Assembly: GCF_964355755.1 (NCBI RefSeq)
Contig: NC_092672.1
Location: forward strand, 6,944,001-7,008,000
Direction: 5' to 3'
Length of the DNA: 64,000 bases
Origin: Antedon mediterranea
Taxonomy: Eukaryota > Animalia > Echinodermata
Shown here: positions 11,562-24,247 of the stretch, in pieces
How positions within the stretch are numbered: position 1 is the stretch's first letter
Layout: each line of letters starts with the position of its first letter
Notes under the pieces: generated by a model
Databases searched by the model: none
What the model was told of the DNA's origin: nothing
The model's input: only the letters and a program-made list of their open reading frames with translations
Translations under genes and position numbers: made by a program

Positions 11562-14500
11562 ATGTCTATTTTGTCTACTGGAACGTGTAATGAACTTTCT
11601 ATAGATAATATAAATATTTTGAAATCAATAGGTATTCGTACAGGTAATATAAAATATAATTTAATTAGGAAATATCAGTCAAAACACCAGACATACCTAG
11701 GCTAGCTTGGAGGCCTAGGCCTATAGTATTTAGGTAAATTAATTAGCTAGCCAGGCTCTCTGCTCTGGAGCTGGTGGATGTGTGAGAGAATCTGGTCAAT
11801 TCGTACCATACTAAATGTCCCTAGTCATAGTAATATATCTATAGTAAGGATGATACCATTTTAGCCTAGGTTAAATTATTTATTTATTTACATTGAATTG
11901 ATGGAATTTTTGAACAATTGAATTTGGCCATGCAAGTTTTCTTGCTTGGAAATCACTAAAAGTAAAGAAATGTTGACAACATCTCAGTTTATCATGGAGG
12001 TATAAAAAGCCTTCATGGTTATATAGACTTAGTTTAGGAGGCTACAGTAGGTGATTGCACTACTGTACATAACTGTATAATACTAACTGTATGATATAGT
12101 AATTTCTAAGCCTTGTTTTTCCAGTGAGAGTTATATTGTACTACAGTATCTGATTGATTTTTGTTCCTTAATTTATAATGATGTCTTTTTTTTTTCAGTG
12201 GTTGACTTTCTTAGTCAAAATCCAGAGGAAATTTCAAAAAAGTGTTTTCTTTCCATTAAGGTAATTGACATGTATATGCATTGAAAACTTTTTATACTCA
12301 AGCATCAGGGTCAGGATGATGGGCACTCCCCATTTTGACAACTAAAATGAAATATGAACTTTTTTTGACAGACTATACTACTGTAGTATATTATTACAAT
12401 ATGTTAGCCCTCCTGCTCTGTCACGCCGGTGAATCCGGTGACTGTACATTAGGTGATGCAAAAAGGAATTCATTAATAAAAGGCTTTGAAAGCCGAGAAT
12501 ATGTTATCCATGGAATCCTTTTTTTTTACAGGTAATAGCAGTAATACGTAAGGCTCTGTTAGCTCAACATGCTTCTCTTGTGGTCACAGGGTCAAACCTG
12601 TATGCACATGTTTCACAAAAACTCATGATATTAAGCACTGGGATTAAAAGGTAGTTATCATTCTTATACATTACAGATGCCTTTCTGCAGTTTTGGTATA
12701 TTATTTTAATTCCATATAGTAGCTATCGCAAACAGCTATTTTTGTTACACAATCGTTTTCATTGAACAACAATGCTACAAATAGTTAGGAACCACATATA
12801 ATTTTATGAGAATGATCAATATGTTATATTATTGAAAGTTATTTCTTATCATTGTTTAAAATGTATTGTGCAACAGTAAATAACAGGTAAAATTGCTTCA
12901 TCTCTTCCTATCAGTCATTATCACCAACAATTACATCGCAATCTATCTATAGTTTTTTTCTCTTTGTTTATAGCATTGATGAGCTGCTTTCTGGTGGTTT
13001 ATTATCAACTGAACTCACTGAGGTTGCTGGTCCTTCAGCCTCGGGTAAAACACAAGTAAGGAGACATATCTAGACAACTACCCATAGAATATTATGCTCT
13101 GAGCAACTACTCTATCCCCTTAGGACAATTACCCTGTATTTTGGTAATTTTCCAAAGTGTAGTTGTTATGAGAAGTGGTTTTTGTCTTGGATGTAGTCGA
13201 ATGGGAGGTAGTTGTCCTGGGATCGTGAAGAGATTAACAATGTAGTGTAGACATGTAATACATTCACCGTGTTCTGAATGACATTATTTCTTCATAAGTT
13301 AGTAACATTATTGGGTAGGTCTCACTACATTCAGTTAAGATTAAACATTAGTAGGCAATGAATCAATGGTCTGTGTAAAAGTTTACAGGGATAACACAAA
13401 GTAACCACCAATGTTTACAACCAACTGATGATTGGTTAAATTTAATCCATTTTTCAGATTTGTCATGCAGTTACTGCAAAAACAAGCATGATCTTCGGAC
13501 AATGTGTGCTGTACATCAGTAGTGGTGCAGATTTTTCCTGTGAGAGGTTAAGAGACTTGCTGATTTTAAATGGCTTATCAGAAATGGTAAAATTAAAGTT
13601 GTTTTTTTTTTTTCAATAACATAACATAAAATATAATGGTTGCTTTGCACATTTTAAACAGCTATTATTGGTTTTGGTCTTGCCTATTTATTGGGTCTAG
13701 GTCTTGTCTAGAAGCTTTCTTAAACCATAATGGTAAACATGATTTCTCTCCTACAGTATTTGTCTACTGGTCTCATTTAACTTGATCCTTGAAAAAAAAG
13801 CCATGTTCTATTTTATCAAGCACGTAACGTAGTATTTGTCTAGTAGTATCACATGAAAATTCCGTAATACAGCATCTCATGTGTTTCACACATAGTGCCT
13901 GTATTGTGGAAGGTTAGTTTCAGTGTTATGTTTGGCTCTATTATCCAGGCGTCACATCTGAAACACATGCACTCTGTATCATGGAATGTGCCTATGATAC
14001 TGGATACATTTAAAATTGACTGTCAACAGGTGCATGCATATAACTAGAATATATGATGGTATCAAACCATCTCTATTTCCTTACTTTTATAGGAGCTACC
14101 AAAAGCACTTAATCAAGTAAAGTGTGTACAAGCATTTGATGTCTTTCAACTTCTTCAAATTCTTCACAACCTACCAGCATTAATGCATGATGACTCCACC
14201 TTCTATAAGCATGTTAAGCTTGTCATAGTTGACTCAGTTGCTGCAGTAATTTCTCCTATAATAGGTGGAAAGCACATAGAGGGTAAGTTATTATTATTCA
14301 AACGTAGCCATTCAGGATTAGTACACAGGCTTAGGTCAGGCTAAATGTGTAGCTTAGGCCTAGCCTAGATCCTTAATTTTCTGAACGAATGCTGGTGACC
14401 TAGTGATCAGACCCAGCCCATAACCTGTATTTTATTCATATAACCAATACAAATCAATAGTTCTCAGTTTGCAAATATAATTTAACTGAAATTCACTTTA

Positions 14501-16617
14501 CTACATCGCGACACATTCTCGGCCATGATTTTGGTAAACATTTTCAGTGTTATGATGTCATGCGTCCACTAGTACTCTTGTCAGAGAGTGAACGTCAAAA
14601 TGCCACTCAACAACAAGTGCTCAAATTTGCCAGTCGATGTACCAATCACCTAGTGCATGTGCATATCATTTAAATGACACAATAGGGTAGTTGACTTGAA
14701 AATCTTAAAGTCTCTATTATCACTAACATTGGTGAGTAGTTAACCAACTTACCCGGGAAAACTACTAAGCATAAGTGTGTCATTATGATGTAAGTAATTT
14801 GGATTGCAAAACAAGCATAAAACAGTCACAATACCACTACGTATTTTAGTAATAAAATATTCAATTTAAAACGTGATGATTGTATATTCCCTTATTAATA
14901 TATGATAAATAAACACAACAGAATTATTCTGCCTGATGATATACTGATGATTGATTAATTTGAAACGATAAGAATGAGGAAAAGAATGGGATAAAGTCGC
15001 CCCAACCAGGATTTGCTTGATATGCCTATGTCCTAACCATTAGACCACTAGGGCTAAAACTCTTTTTTTTTGTGTGCTTTATAATAATATTATTTTTAGG
15101 ACATGGGCTGATGATGCAAGTGGCAAGGAAATTGAAAGAAATTGTTGAAGAAAATGTTGCTGTTTTGGTTAGTATTTTTTTCCACTTTGTTGTATGTCAT
15201 TTTTTTCTAATGATGCTGACTTTAGCAAATGTGATGGTATATTGGTGTATTTATCCAGTTTTTACCAATTACTCACTTAAGTCTCCAATCTTTATCTGTC
15301 TACCATTGTGTTAAGTGATCTGCCAAAGAAATTCTCAAATGTTGTCATTTTCATAGCATCAAAAACTGGTTTGAATTTAGATATATCTTTTTTTTACAGA
15401 TTAATTTGTGACTGATTTTCATTTGTTTACTAGGTTACAAATCGTATTGTGCAATTTAACAACTTGAGTAAACCAGCTTTAGGAACATCTTGGTTACACG
15501 TGCCACACACACGTATACTACTCACCAATAAGAATCAAGATGGTACAGCTAGTAACAGATTAAAACGTGAAGCCATGATCATCAAGTCTAGCAGACAGGT
15601 ACGAATTGCATGCCTAAATATTACCCAACTATTGATTACATTTACATATACATACAAAGCACTATTAAAAGGCATCATGAAGGAATAGAAGTTACATAAG
15701 GTTCCTTGAACAGTAATTGGGGGAATGGGGAGGAGGTAGTTGTTGGGGTCGTGTTTCATCAGGGAGAAATGAGGTTCCAGATTCAAATAATATGTTCAAA
15801 CCTCTTCAATTTTCGCACTAAGCTATAGACACACAATAAATTTGAAGTTGAGTAAGTTGGTTCATTTTCATATTAAATATATCTTTATCTAGTTTTTTTT
15901 TAATATGTCACATAATAGTTATTCACTTTGACCAAAAATTGGATTGGAAAAAAAAGAAAGTTTACATGAAAAAACTGTAATTTAACGCAAAAAATAAACA
16001 AATTGACTGGAAGTCAATCAGGTTTTAGTTGAAGTTAACCATTTATTTTGTCTTTTTAAAAATGAGAACATTTTTGATTCCTTCAGAAGTCATTAAATTG
16101 ATGAAAACTGCAAAATGGCCTGATCAAAGTCTTTTTATTAATCTTCATTTTTCATGATTTTAGGGGACAATACACCTTTAATTTATGCAAGATTCCAAAT
16201 ATTGTTGTATCAATATTACATGGATACACACATTGTTTGTTCTATCTGGTTTCAATTCCAGCTAAAGCACTCTCGACAAAAGAATATATAATAAGTCAAC
16301 ATCTTTTATTATCAAATTTTTGTTTACAAACGAATGCATTGTTTTCTAACCAAGCCATGAAATATTAATAACATAGTTAGATGTTTGTTCTATATATAGA
16401 TAATATATAATAAACCAATTAAAACCAGAATACATACTGATTATTAGTTATTTATAATTCATGAGCACGGGCGATATATTATGCGTGGTAATTAATTAAA
16501 TTAGATGTCTGCAGGCAAATCAAACATTGTATAAGTCTTAACATTAACATGTTTATTTTTCAGGCGGTTAATATGTCTAAAACCTTTGAGGTACTAGGAA
16601 AATTGGAAATTGACTGA
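11562..16617 (+). CDS. RAD51D: DNA repair protein RAD51 paralog D, 9 exons, ~316 aa
   Basis: Exons 11562-11643, 12199-12260, 12532-12650, 12974-13055, 13458-13586, 14093-14282, 15100-15167, 15434-15598 and 16564-16617. Walker A GPSASGKT, Walker B KLVIVDSVAAVISP, and RAD51D-typical RKALLAQHA, ILSTGIKSIDELL, GLMMQVARKLK, KPALGTSWLHVPHTRILL and KSSRQ. Confidence 0.94.
14995..15056 (-). mobile_element. tRNA-derived SINE remnant (intronic)
   Basis: Minus strand reads AGCCCTAGTGGTCTAATGGTTAGGACA, resembling a tRNA 5' half with an A-box; the B-box is degraded. Confidence 0.3.
15884..16181. mobile_element. TTAA-flanked MITE (family of 60897-61214), one TIR lost; marks the start of duplication unit 1
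   Basis: Ends GGGGACAATACACCT-TTAA. Homologous to 44757-45084 and, inverted, to 60897-61214. Confidence 0.6.
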
Positions 16618-16672
16618 GACAAGATTTGCTTTAATATATACAATATTGATTTTAAATGTTATGGAAAAGTCC

Positions 16673-19089
16673 ACAAGATACAAGATATAGATACGAAGAT
16701 ACATAAGATACAGAAACAAGAGATACAGATAAAGATACAAGATACAAGATACAAGATAAAGATACAAGATACAAGATACAGATACAAGATATAGATACAA
16801 GATACAGATACAAGATAAAGATACAAGATACAGATACAAGATACAGATACAAGATACAGATACAAGATAAAGATACAAGATACAGATACAAGATACAGAT
16901 ACAGATACAAGATACGGATACAAGATACAGATACAAGATACAGATACAAGATAAAGATACAAGATAAAGATACAAGATACAGATACAAGATACAGATACA
17001 AGATACAGATACAAGATACAGATACCACATACAGATACAAGATACAGATACAAGATACAGATACAAGATACAGATACAAGATACAGATACAAGATAAAGA
17101 TACAAGATACAGATACAAGATACATATACAAGATACATATACAAGATATAGATACAAGATACAGATACAAGATACAGATACAAGATACAGATACAAGATA
17201 CAGATACCAAATACAGATACAAGATACCGATACAAGATACAGATACAAGATACAGATACAGATACAAGATATAGATACAAGATACATATACAAGATATAG
17301 ATACAAGATACCGATACAAGATACAGATACAAGATACAGATACAGATACAAGATATAGATACAAGATACAGATACAGATACAAGATATAGATACAGATAC
17401 AGATACAAGATACAGATACAAGATATAGATACAAGATACAAGATACAAGATACAGATACAGATACAAGATACAGATACAAGATACAGATACAGATACAAG
17501 ATACAAGATACAGATACAAGATACAGATACAAGATAAAGATACAGATACAAGATAAAGATACAAGATACAGATACAAGATATAGATACAGATACAGATAC
17601 AGATACAAGATATAGATACAGATACAGATACAAGATAAGATACAAGATATAGATACAAGATACAGATACAAGATACAGATACAGATACAAGACACAGATA
17701 CAAGGTACAGATACAAGATACAGATAAAGATACAGATACAAGATAAAGATACAAGATATAGATACAAGATATAGATACAAGATATAGATACAAGATACAG
17801 ATACAAGATACAGATACAGATACAAGATACAGATACAAGATACAGATACAAAATACAGATACAAGATACAGATACAGATACAAGATAAAGATACAAGATA
17901 TAGATACAAGATATAGATACAAGATACAGATACAAGATACAGATACAAGATACAGATACAAGATACAGATACAGATACAGATACAAGATACAGATACAAG
18001 ATACAGATACAAGATACAAGATATAGATACAGATACAGATACAGATAAAGATACAGATACAAGATACAGATACAGATACAAGATACAGATACAAGATACA
18101 AGATACAGATACAAGATATAGATACAGATACAGATACAGATACAGATACAGATACAGATACAAAATACAGATACAAAATACAGATACAAGATACAGATAC
18201 AGATACAGATACAAGATAAAGATACAAGATATAGATACAAGATACAGATACAAGATACAGATACAGATACAAGATACAGATACAGATACAAGATACAGAT
18301 ACAAGATACAGATACAAGATACAGATACAAGATACAGATACAGATACAGATACAGATACAGATACAGATACAAGATACAGATACAAGATACAGATACAAG
18401 ATACAAGATACAGATACAGATACAGATACAGGATACAGATACAGATACAGGATACAGATACAGATACAGATACAGGATACAGATACAGGATACAGATACA
18501 GGATACAGATACAAGATACAGATACAAGATACAGATACAAGATACAGATACAAGATACAGATACAAGATACAGATACAAGATACAGATACAAGATACAGA
18601 TACAAGATACAGATACAAGATACAGATACAAGATACAGATACAAGATACAGATACAAGATACAGATACAAGATACAGATACAAGATACAGATACAAGATA
18701 CAGATACAAGATATAGATACAAGATATAGATACAGATACAAGATACAGATACAAGATACAGATACAAGATACAGATACAGATACAATATACAGATACAGA
18801 TACAGATACAAGATACAGATACAAGATACAGATACAAGATACAGATACAAGATACAGATACAAGATACAGATACAAGATAAAGATACAAGATACAAGATA
18901 AAGATACAAGATATAGATACAAGATACAGATACAGATACAAGATACAGATACAAGATACAGATACAAGATACAGATACAAGATACAGATACAAGATACAG
19001 ATACAAGATACAGATACAAGATACAGATACAAGATACAGATACAAGATACAGATACAAGATACAAGATACAGATACAAGATACAAGATA
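16673..19089. repeat. GATACA/GATACAA satellite array (~2.4 kb; dominant 13-mer AAGATACAGATAC)
   Basis: Directly visible; explains the three ~800-aa low-complexity minus-strand ORFs. Confidence 0.97.
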
Positions 19090-19869
19090 AAAATTGCCTA
19101 CTGTAAATTAATTCCTTTACATTTTCCTTCTGTTTTCGCTCAGTTATTTGCACTTTGGTTCATTTTCACACCATGAACATACATTGATTGTACCATTGTT
19201 ATTAGATGATAAATAAACTTAAGTAGACTTTAACAGGTTGTTGGGTGCTTAAACAGAGCTAGATGGATTCTTTCTAATTTCCAACCCACTGTGAAGGGCC
19301 TATTAAGTTTGCATTTACTTAACCACTTAATTACAGAGTCGATCATCACTTCAATTTGAATTTTCCCCAAAATGGATTTTTTTTTATTTTGATTCTCCAT
19401 AAAATTCCGCTTCCAATGATGTATAAATTCCGTTTGTAGCATTTTTCCCGGTTAAACCGTTCAACTACCAGACTAATGTTACAAATAAGTATGTAAAAGA
19501 TAAACTGGAAAATATGTCTGAAAGAAATGCCGTTTTGAAAACACTATTCCCTCTTCAGAAAGTGTAAATTTACTTTTAATTATAAGTCATTTTTATATGT
19601 TATGGGCCGTCATCAGCAGCATATTATTAGTTTAGAGATTTAATTTAGCTGCTAACAGATCTTGACGTTCTTCACACAAGCTTTCTTGTTTAGTACATTG
19701 TCCTGACAAGAAAGAGTCTTTCTTTCGCCATATCTAGTTTTCTGTCGAACAGCTCATTTTCATTTGTTATATTGTCAATGACATGCTTGCCGTTGATGGT
19801 TGTTATGCAGTTTTAATTGATACAATCACTCAAACATTTGATATGTACAACATGAATACTGCTTCTCAT

Positions 19870-20720
19870 GTTTCACATTTTCTCATGCATATCACACATG
19901 GTGGAAGTATTATGGAAGGTTACGTTAAGGTATATGATACAGACGTCACATGTGAAACGCATGAGATGCTGTAACACAGAATGTGCCTGTGATATTGAAT
20001 CATATAAAGGTATATGCATCATATATTACTGGTACTATTCATGAATATATAAAACCATTTCTCTTTATTGTTATAGCTACCAAATACATTTAATAAAATC
20101 CACATTCTTCCTTCTATAAGCATAGTTACAGGACTAAATCTTTGGAATAAATTCAATTAGCACACTACTAATCCTAAAACCGGATATCTTCGAGCAGTAT
20201 TTATTTTCTGTCTAATTACACTGAATAAAGAAATTAAAACGTTTTGAGATTTTAATATAAAATAAAATATCTTTATATATTTTTTCGTTTTGGTCTGTGC
20301 GAGACTCAAGTCTAAGTTTCAGATTAGTATTGCTGTGTAGGCCTATATATGCATTATAATAATTTACATATTGATATATAAACATTATATGGATACAAAC
20401 GTGTCAACATCTTTCGTACTAGTTGTAATTCCTCAAATACATTTTTTTTTCTGGTAAAGCCATGAAATATTCTTATAATAGATGTTTGTTCTATACTTAA
20501 ATAAACCAATTAATACCAGGAGAATACATGATTTTTGCTTACAATTCATGAGCACGCGTGATATATTTAAAATGGTAATTACTGTTGATGTCTGCAGGCA
20601 AATCAAACACTGTATAAGTCCTGTAATGTGTTTATTTTGTCAATGTGTCCACAACATTTGAAATAATATGAAGAAAAACCTGAAGTTAATTGAGTGTTGG
20701 TTTGAAATATACAATACTGG
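19870..20720 (+). pseudogene. Decayed partial RAD51D duplicate (intron 5/exon 6 start, and last intron/last exon)
   Basis: 19880-20125 resembles 13875-14215 (GGAAGGTTA, GTCACAT.TGAAAC, GAATGTGCCT.TGATA, GCTACCAAA, CCTTCTATAAGCAT). 20385-20720 resembles 16220-16650 (GCCATGAAATATT, TTCATGAGCACG, GATGTCTGCAGGCAAATCAAACA). Confidence 0.65.
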
Positions 20721-21789
20721 TTCACACTTGTAATTAATAATTATTCATAAGACTAACGATTAATTTGTACAACGTTTAAAATTGATGATAATTTGCCATT
20801 TAAAATTGTCCCTTAAAATGTTTAAGCCGGTGACAATCATCTCACCGCCGTCTTAATTACATCTTATCTACAGAAAACACATAAACTATTACATAGGTTA
20901 TCTTTTCAAAGTCCAGAAATGCTCCACAGTAATACCATCTTGAAAATGTTGTTATCAAATCAGATTAAAACTTATTACACCGCACTGCTCACATAAGATG
21001 TAAGTAGGCCTACAATCAAAAGAAATTTGTTTGTTTCTTTGCATTAAAATGCATAACAGTTGAACCCCTTCGGGATCAAACAAACTAATAGGTGGTCCCC
21101 CAATATGGGTGTCCTAAAGGAGGGGTTCTAATATGATTATGCAGACCTATGTTGAGCAATTTAAACTTAGTTTTGACAAATTTAGTGATTAAATCTTAAT
21201 AAGATTTAAATTTATTCAACAATTGATTCATGTACTAGAAAAGTATGTCGGATTATGTCACTGTGATGATTAAATTTAAAAATTAAACTCGAACAACTCT
21301 TCATTAAGAATCCCGTGACCCATAAATGAGTAACATTCCATGAGGGGTAAAAACAGTGCATCTTAAAATTCAGTTTCGTAGCAGGCCTACGTAGTTTCAA
21401 TAGACAATTAATTACGATTAAAAATCAATATCTACACTGGCACCTACTGAGGGAGCACTATATAATCATGAATTTAATTAGTATAGTAAATTGAAAGCAA
21501 TAAAATCAGACGCGATGGTGTTGATAAAGACATCAGCTTTGTGTGGAACTGGAAAGACGGTAATGACAAAGTATACGTGTATCACCATGTCTTAATTGGG
21601 TACGTATAGCCTACAATTCATTTTTAATAATTAAGCTCCATACATGCCTCACTCACTGTGTAGTCAAATGTTTATTTAGTTTTTATATATCCATAAATTC
21701 ACGTATTTTGTATATGTTCACTGCATAATTCGAGGTCCTTTTTTGACATCCATCCTAGTGAAAGCAAAATACATTCGCCAATAATTTGG

Positions 21790-22095
21790 CGAAGAGGACA
21801 ACCATTTTTATTCTCAAATCGCGAACATTTTAGCTTTACAGTATTTTATTTCAGTAGAGGCCTACCGATATTATTTAAGCAAAATAATAATTATACTTCA
21901 TCTCAAAAAGATATTAAATGATGACGATTTTAATGAAGAGAACAACCATTTTTGTTCTCCAAATTAATAAAGAAAATTAAATCGCGAAAGTAAAAAATTG
22001 CGAACATGTTGGGCTTTACACTATTTTATTTTAGTAGAGGCCTAACGATATTTAGGCCTTATACTCGATCTCAAAAAGATCTTGAATGATGACAT
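21790..22095. repeat. Two-copy ~150-180-bp local duplication
   Basis: ACAACCATTTTT..GCGAACAT..GCTTTACA.TATTTTATTT.AGTAGAGGCCTA..ATCTCAAAAAGAT occurs twice. Confidence 0.7.
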
Positions 22096-23848
22096 ATTTA
22101 ATGGTTTTAATTCTACTAAAAGATGTCAAACTAAGCTTACGATGTGGTAGATAGGTGGACTACAATGTTATTCTTCAAGGAGATTGTCTGAACCCATACT
22201 CCTAACGCAATATCTGGCAAAATCACTGAAACGCGAAGAACGCAAGCAAACAACGATATATACAGATGATAAACAAAACACAGATGATATTAGATGGTGA
22301 CAAACTAAACAAGAAATATTTCTTACAAAAAACGCTGCTCGCTTTTAAAGATATTGTTCATTAACCAAACAATTATTTACCTGAAAGAAATGTAATTTAA
22401 AGCTCTGTCAGACAATGGTTTTTGGGTTATAATTAAACGTTTCTTTTCTGTTTTTATACATGAATAAATATTTTGTTTGTTTGTTACAGAAGTGAATAAC
22501 TTTTGTTTTTGAAGTAAAATACAACAATAATTCATACTTTGATATGTCATAATTGTGCAATTGAAATTGAAAAATAAAAAATACTGAATCTGTAAAAGAT
22601 GATTGACAAATTTAAATAACAATGATGTCTAAATAATATTACTTTATTATACTAAACAGACTCAATTTTTGTAACTTTAGTTTATTTTATTGCTAAGCTC
22701 AAGTCTGGGGTCACTTCATCAATCTTAGATGCTTCAAGTGTCAACAAATTTTATCCTGTTAGAACCAAAAACTTTACTATTACTGTATATCGACTGTTTT
22801 GATAATAATTCAATGATTATCTGACAGCGAATTACAGTATTATATACTCGGTCTAGATTGACAGTCAAATGGGACTCATTGTAAATACCAGAAATAATGT
22901 TTTAATTATTTGACAGTGAATTATTATAATACTGGCCTATGTTGACAGACTCTCTTCTCCCAGACGTGCTTTGGGGTTTGTAATTTTAGCATGACCCGTC
23001 CTAGTTTACAAAGTACTAAAAACGTCGGCCTCGAGAACTATAACTGCTGCTTGCTTTAGCTTCTGAATGAGTAGTCCTCTTTGGACGTACCTGGCTAAAG
23101 CAGCAGCGTGAAAAATCCAAGTAGAAGCAATTCATTAGAAGTAAAAAGGCCATATACATGGCTGCAGTCGCGTGCTCAAGTTAGTGTTTACCGACCAACC
23201 GACAGACATAGTGAGCTGTAGAGAATATTTAATGTGTACCTCAGACGTATATTTATGTACAACTCCAAACCAAAGAGAGTAATCAAGAGGAAGAAAAGAA
23301 AAAATGTAATAGAAAGAATTGTTAAAAAATAAAGGACCGTAGGCCTACACAATCTATATTATATTATTATAAATATAAAATGATCAAATCTAATAAGGAA
23401 GAAAAATACAATGAAAGGAAAGTTAAAAGAACATTCATCATTTAGTACACAGTAATAATATAACGATGAACCCAGTCCTGTCACTGGAGGAGGACCACTT
23501 AATTTATGCTTGCTGGGACAGACTAGCTTATACACTGACTTTTTGGTGTTGTAATAACATTATATCCACAACAACAATTGCACATTTATCAACAAGCTGT
23601 TGCAACCCTATAAGCAGGAGTGAGCTCGGAAGAGGTAAATCATTTTGCTTTCAACATACATACTAACAATCACGTCTTGCGTTTATGTTTAAAACGCAAT
23701 ATTTGATTTATATGACATCCAATTCAAATCATTCTGTTTAGTTACAGGTACTGTACGATAATGTTTCCAATTACTATACCTATTATTAATTTAGTTTTAA
23801 TTATGTTAATTTAAATTCGTATTCAGATTTAAAAATGTTGACATGGTC

Positions 23849-23984
23849 TAAAGCTCTGTCTACACTATCAAAATGTATGTGACAAAAAATGTGATATACA
23901 TATTTAGACATACTGTATCACTACCATATTTAGGCACATCACACTTTTTTTGACAAGCTAGTTTGATAGTGTAGACAGAGCTTT
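23849..23984. mobile_element. Short MITE (PIF/Harbinger-like); counterpart at ~51342-51510
   Basis: TIRs AAAGCTCTGTCTACACTATCAAA / TTTGATAGTGTAGACAGAGCTTT. Confidence 0.7.
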
Positions 23985-24247
23985 ACTTTTCGATTAATGT
24001 TAATCAAATAAAAGGTAGGCCTAGCCAACAGGTGGCGCTGTTGCATTTCACAGTAATTTGTAAACTAGATTTTTTTTTCATCCGCGAAACGTTTTTTTTT
24101 TTCGTACACAAAAAAGCATAGTGCGTACTATTGCACGCCATGTGACCCACAATCGTCCAATCAAGTGACAGGAATTTATTTAGGTCTTAAAAAAAAAAAA
24201 AAAATGGTATTTTTAACCGAATTTCATTTTCTATATTTTCAGAACTT

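Noticed and set aside
16594-19153. Three ~800-aa minus-strand ORFs (also 45486-47782)
   Set aside because: Translations of the satellite, open in all three frames only because the repeat lacks stops on that strand.
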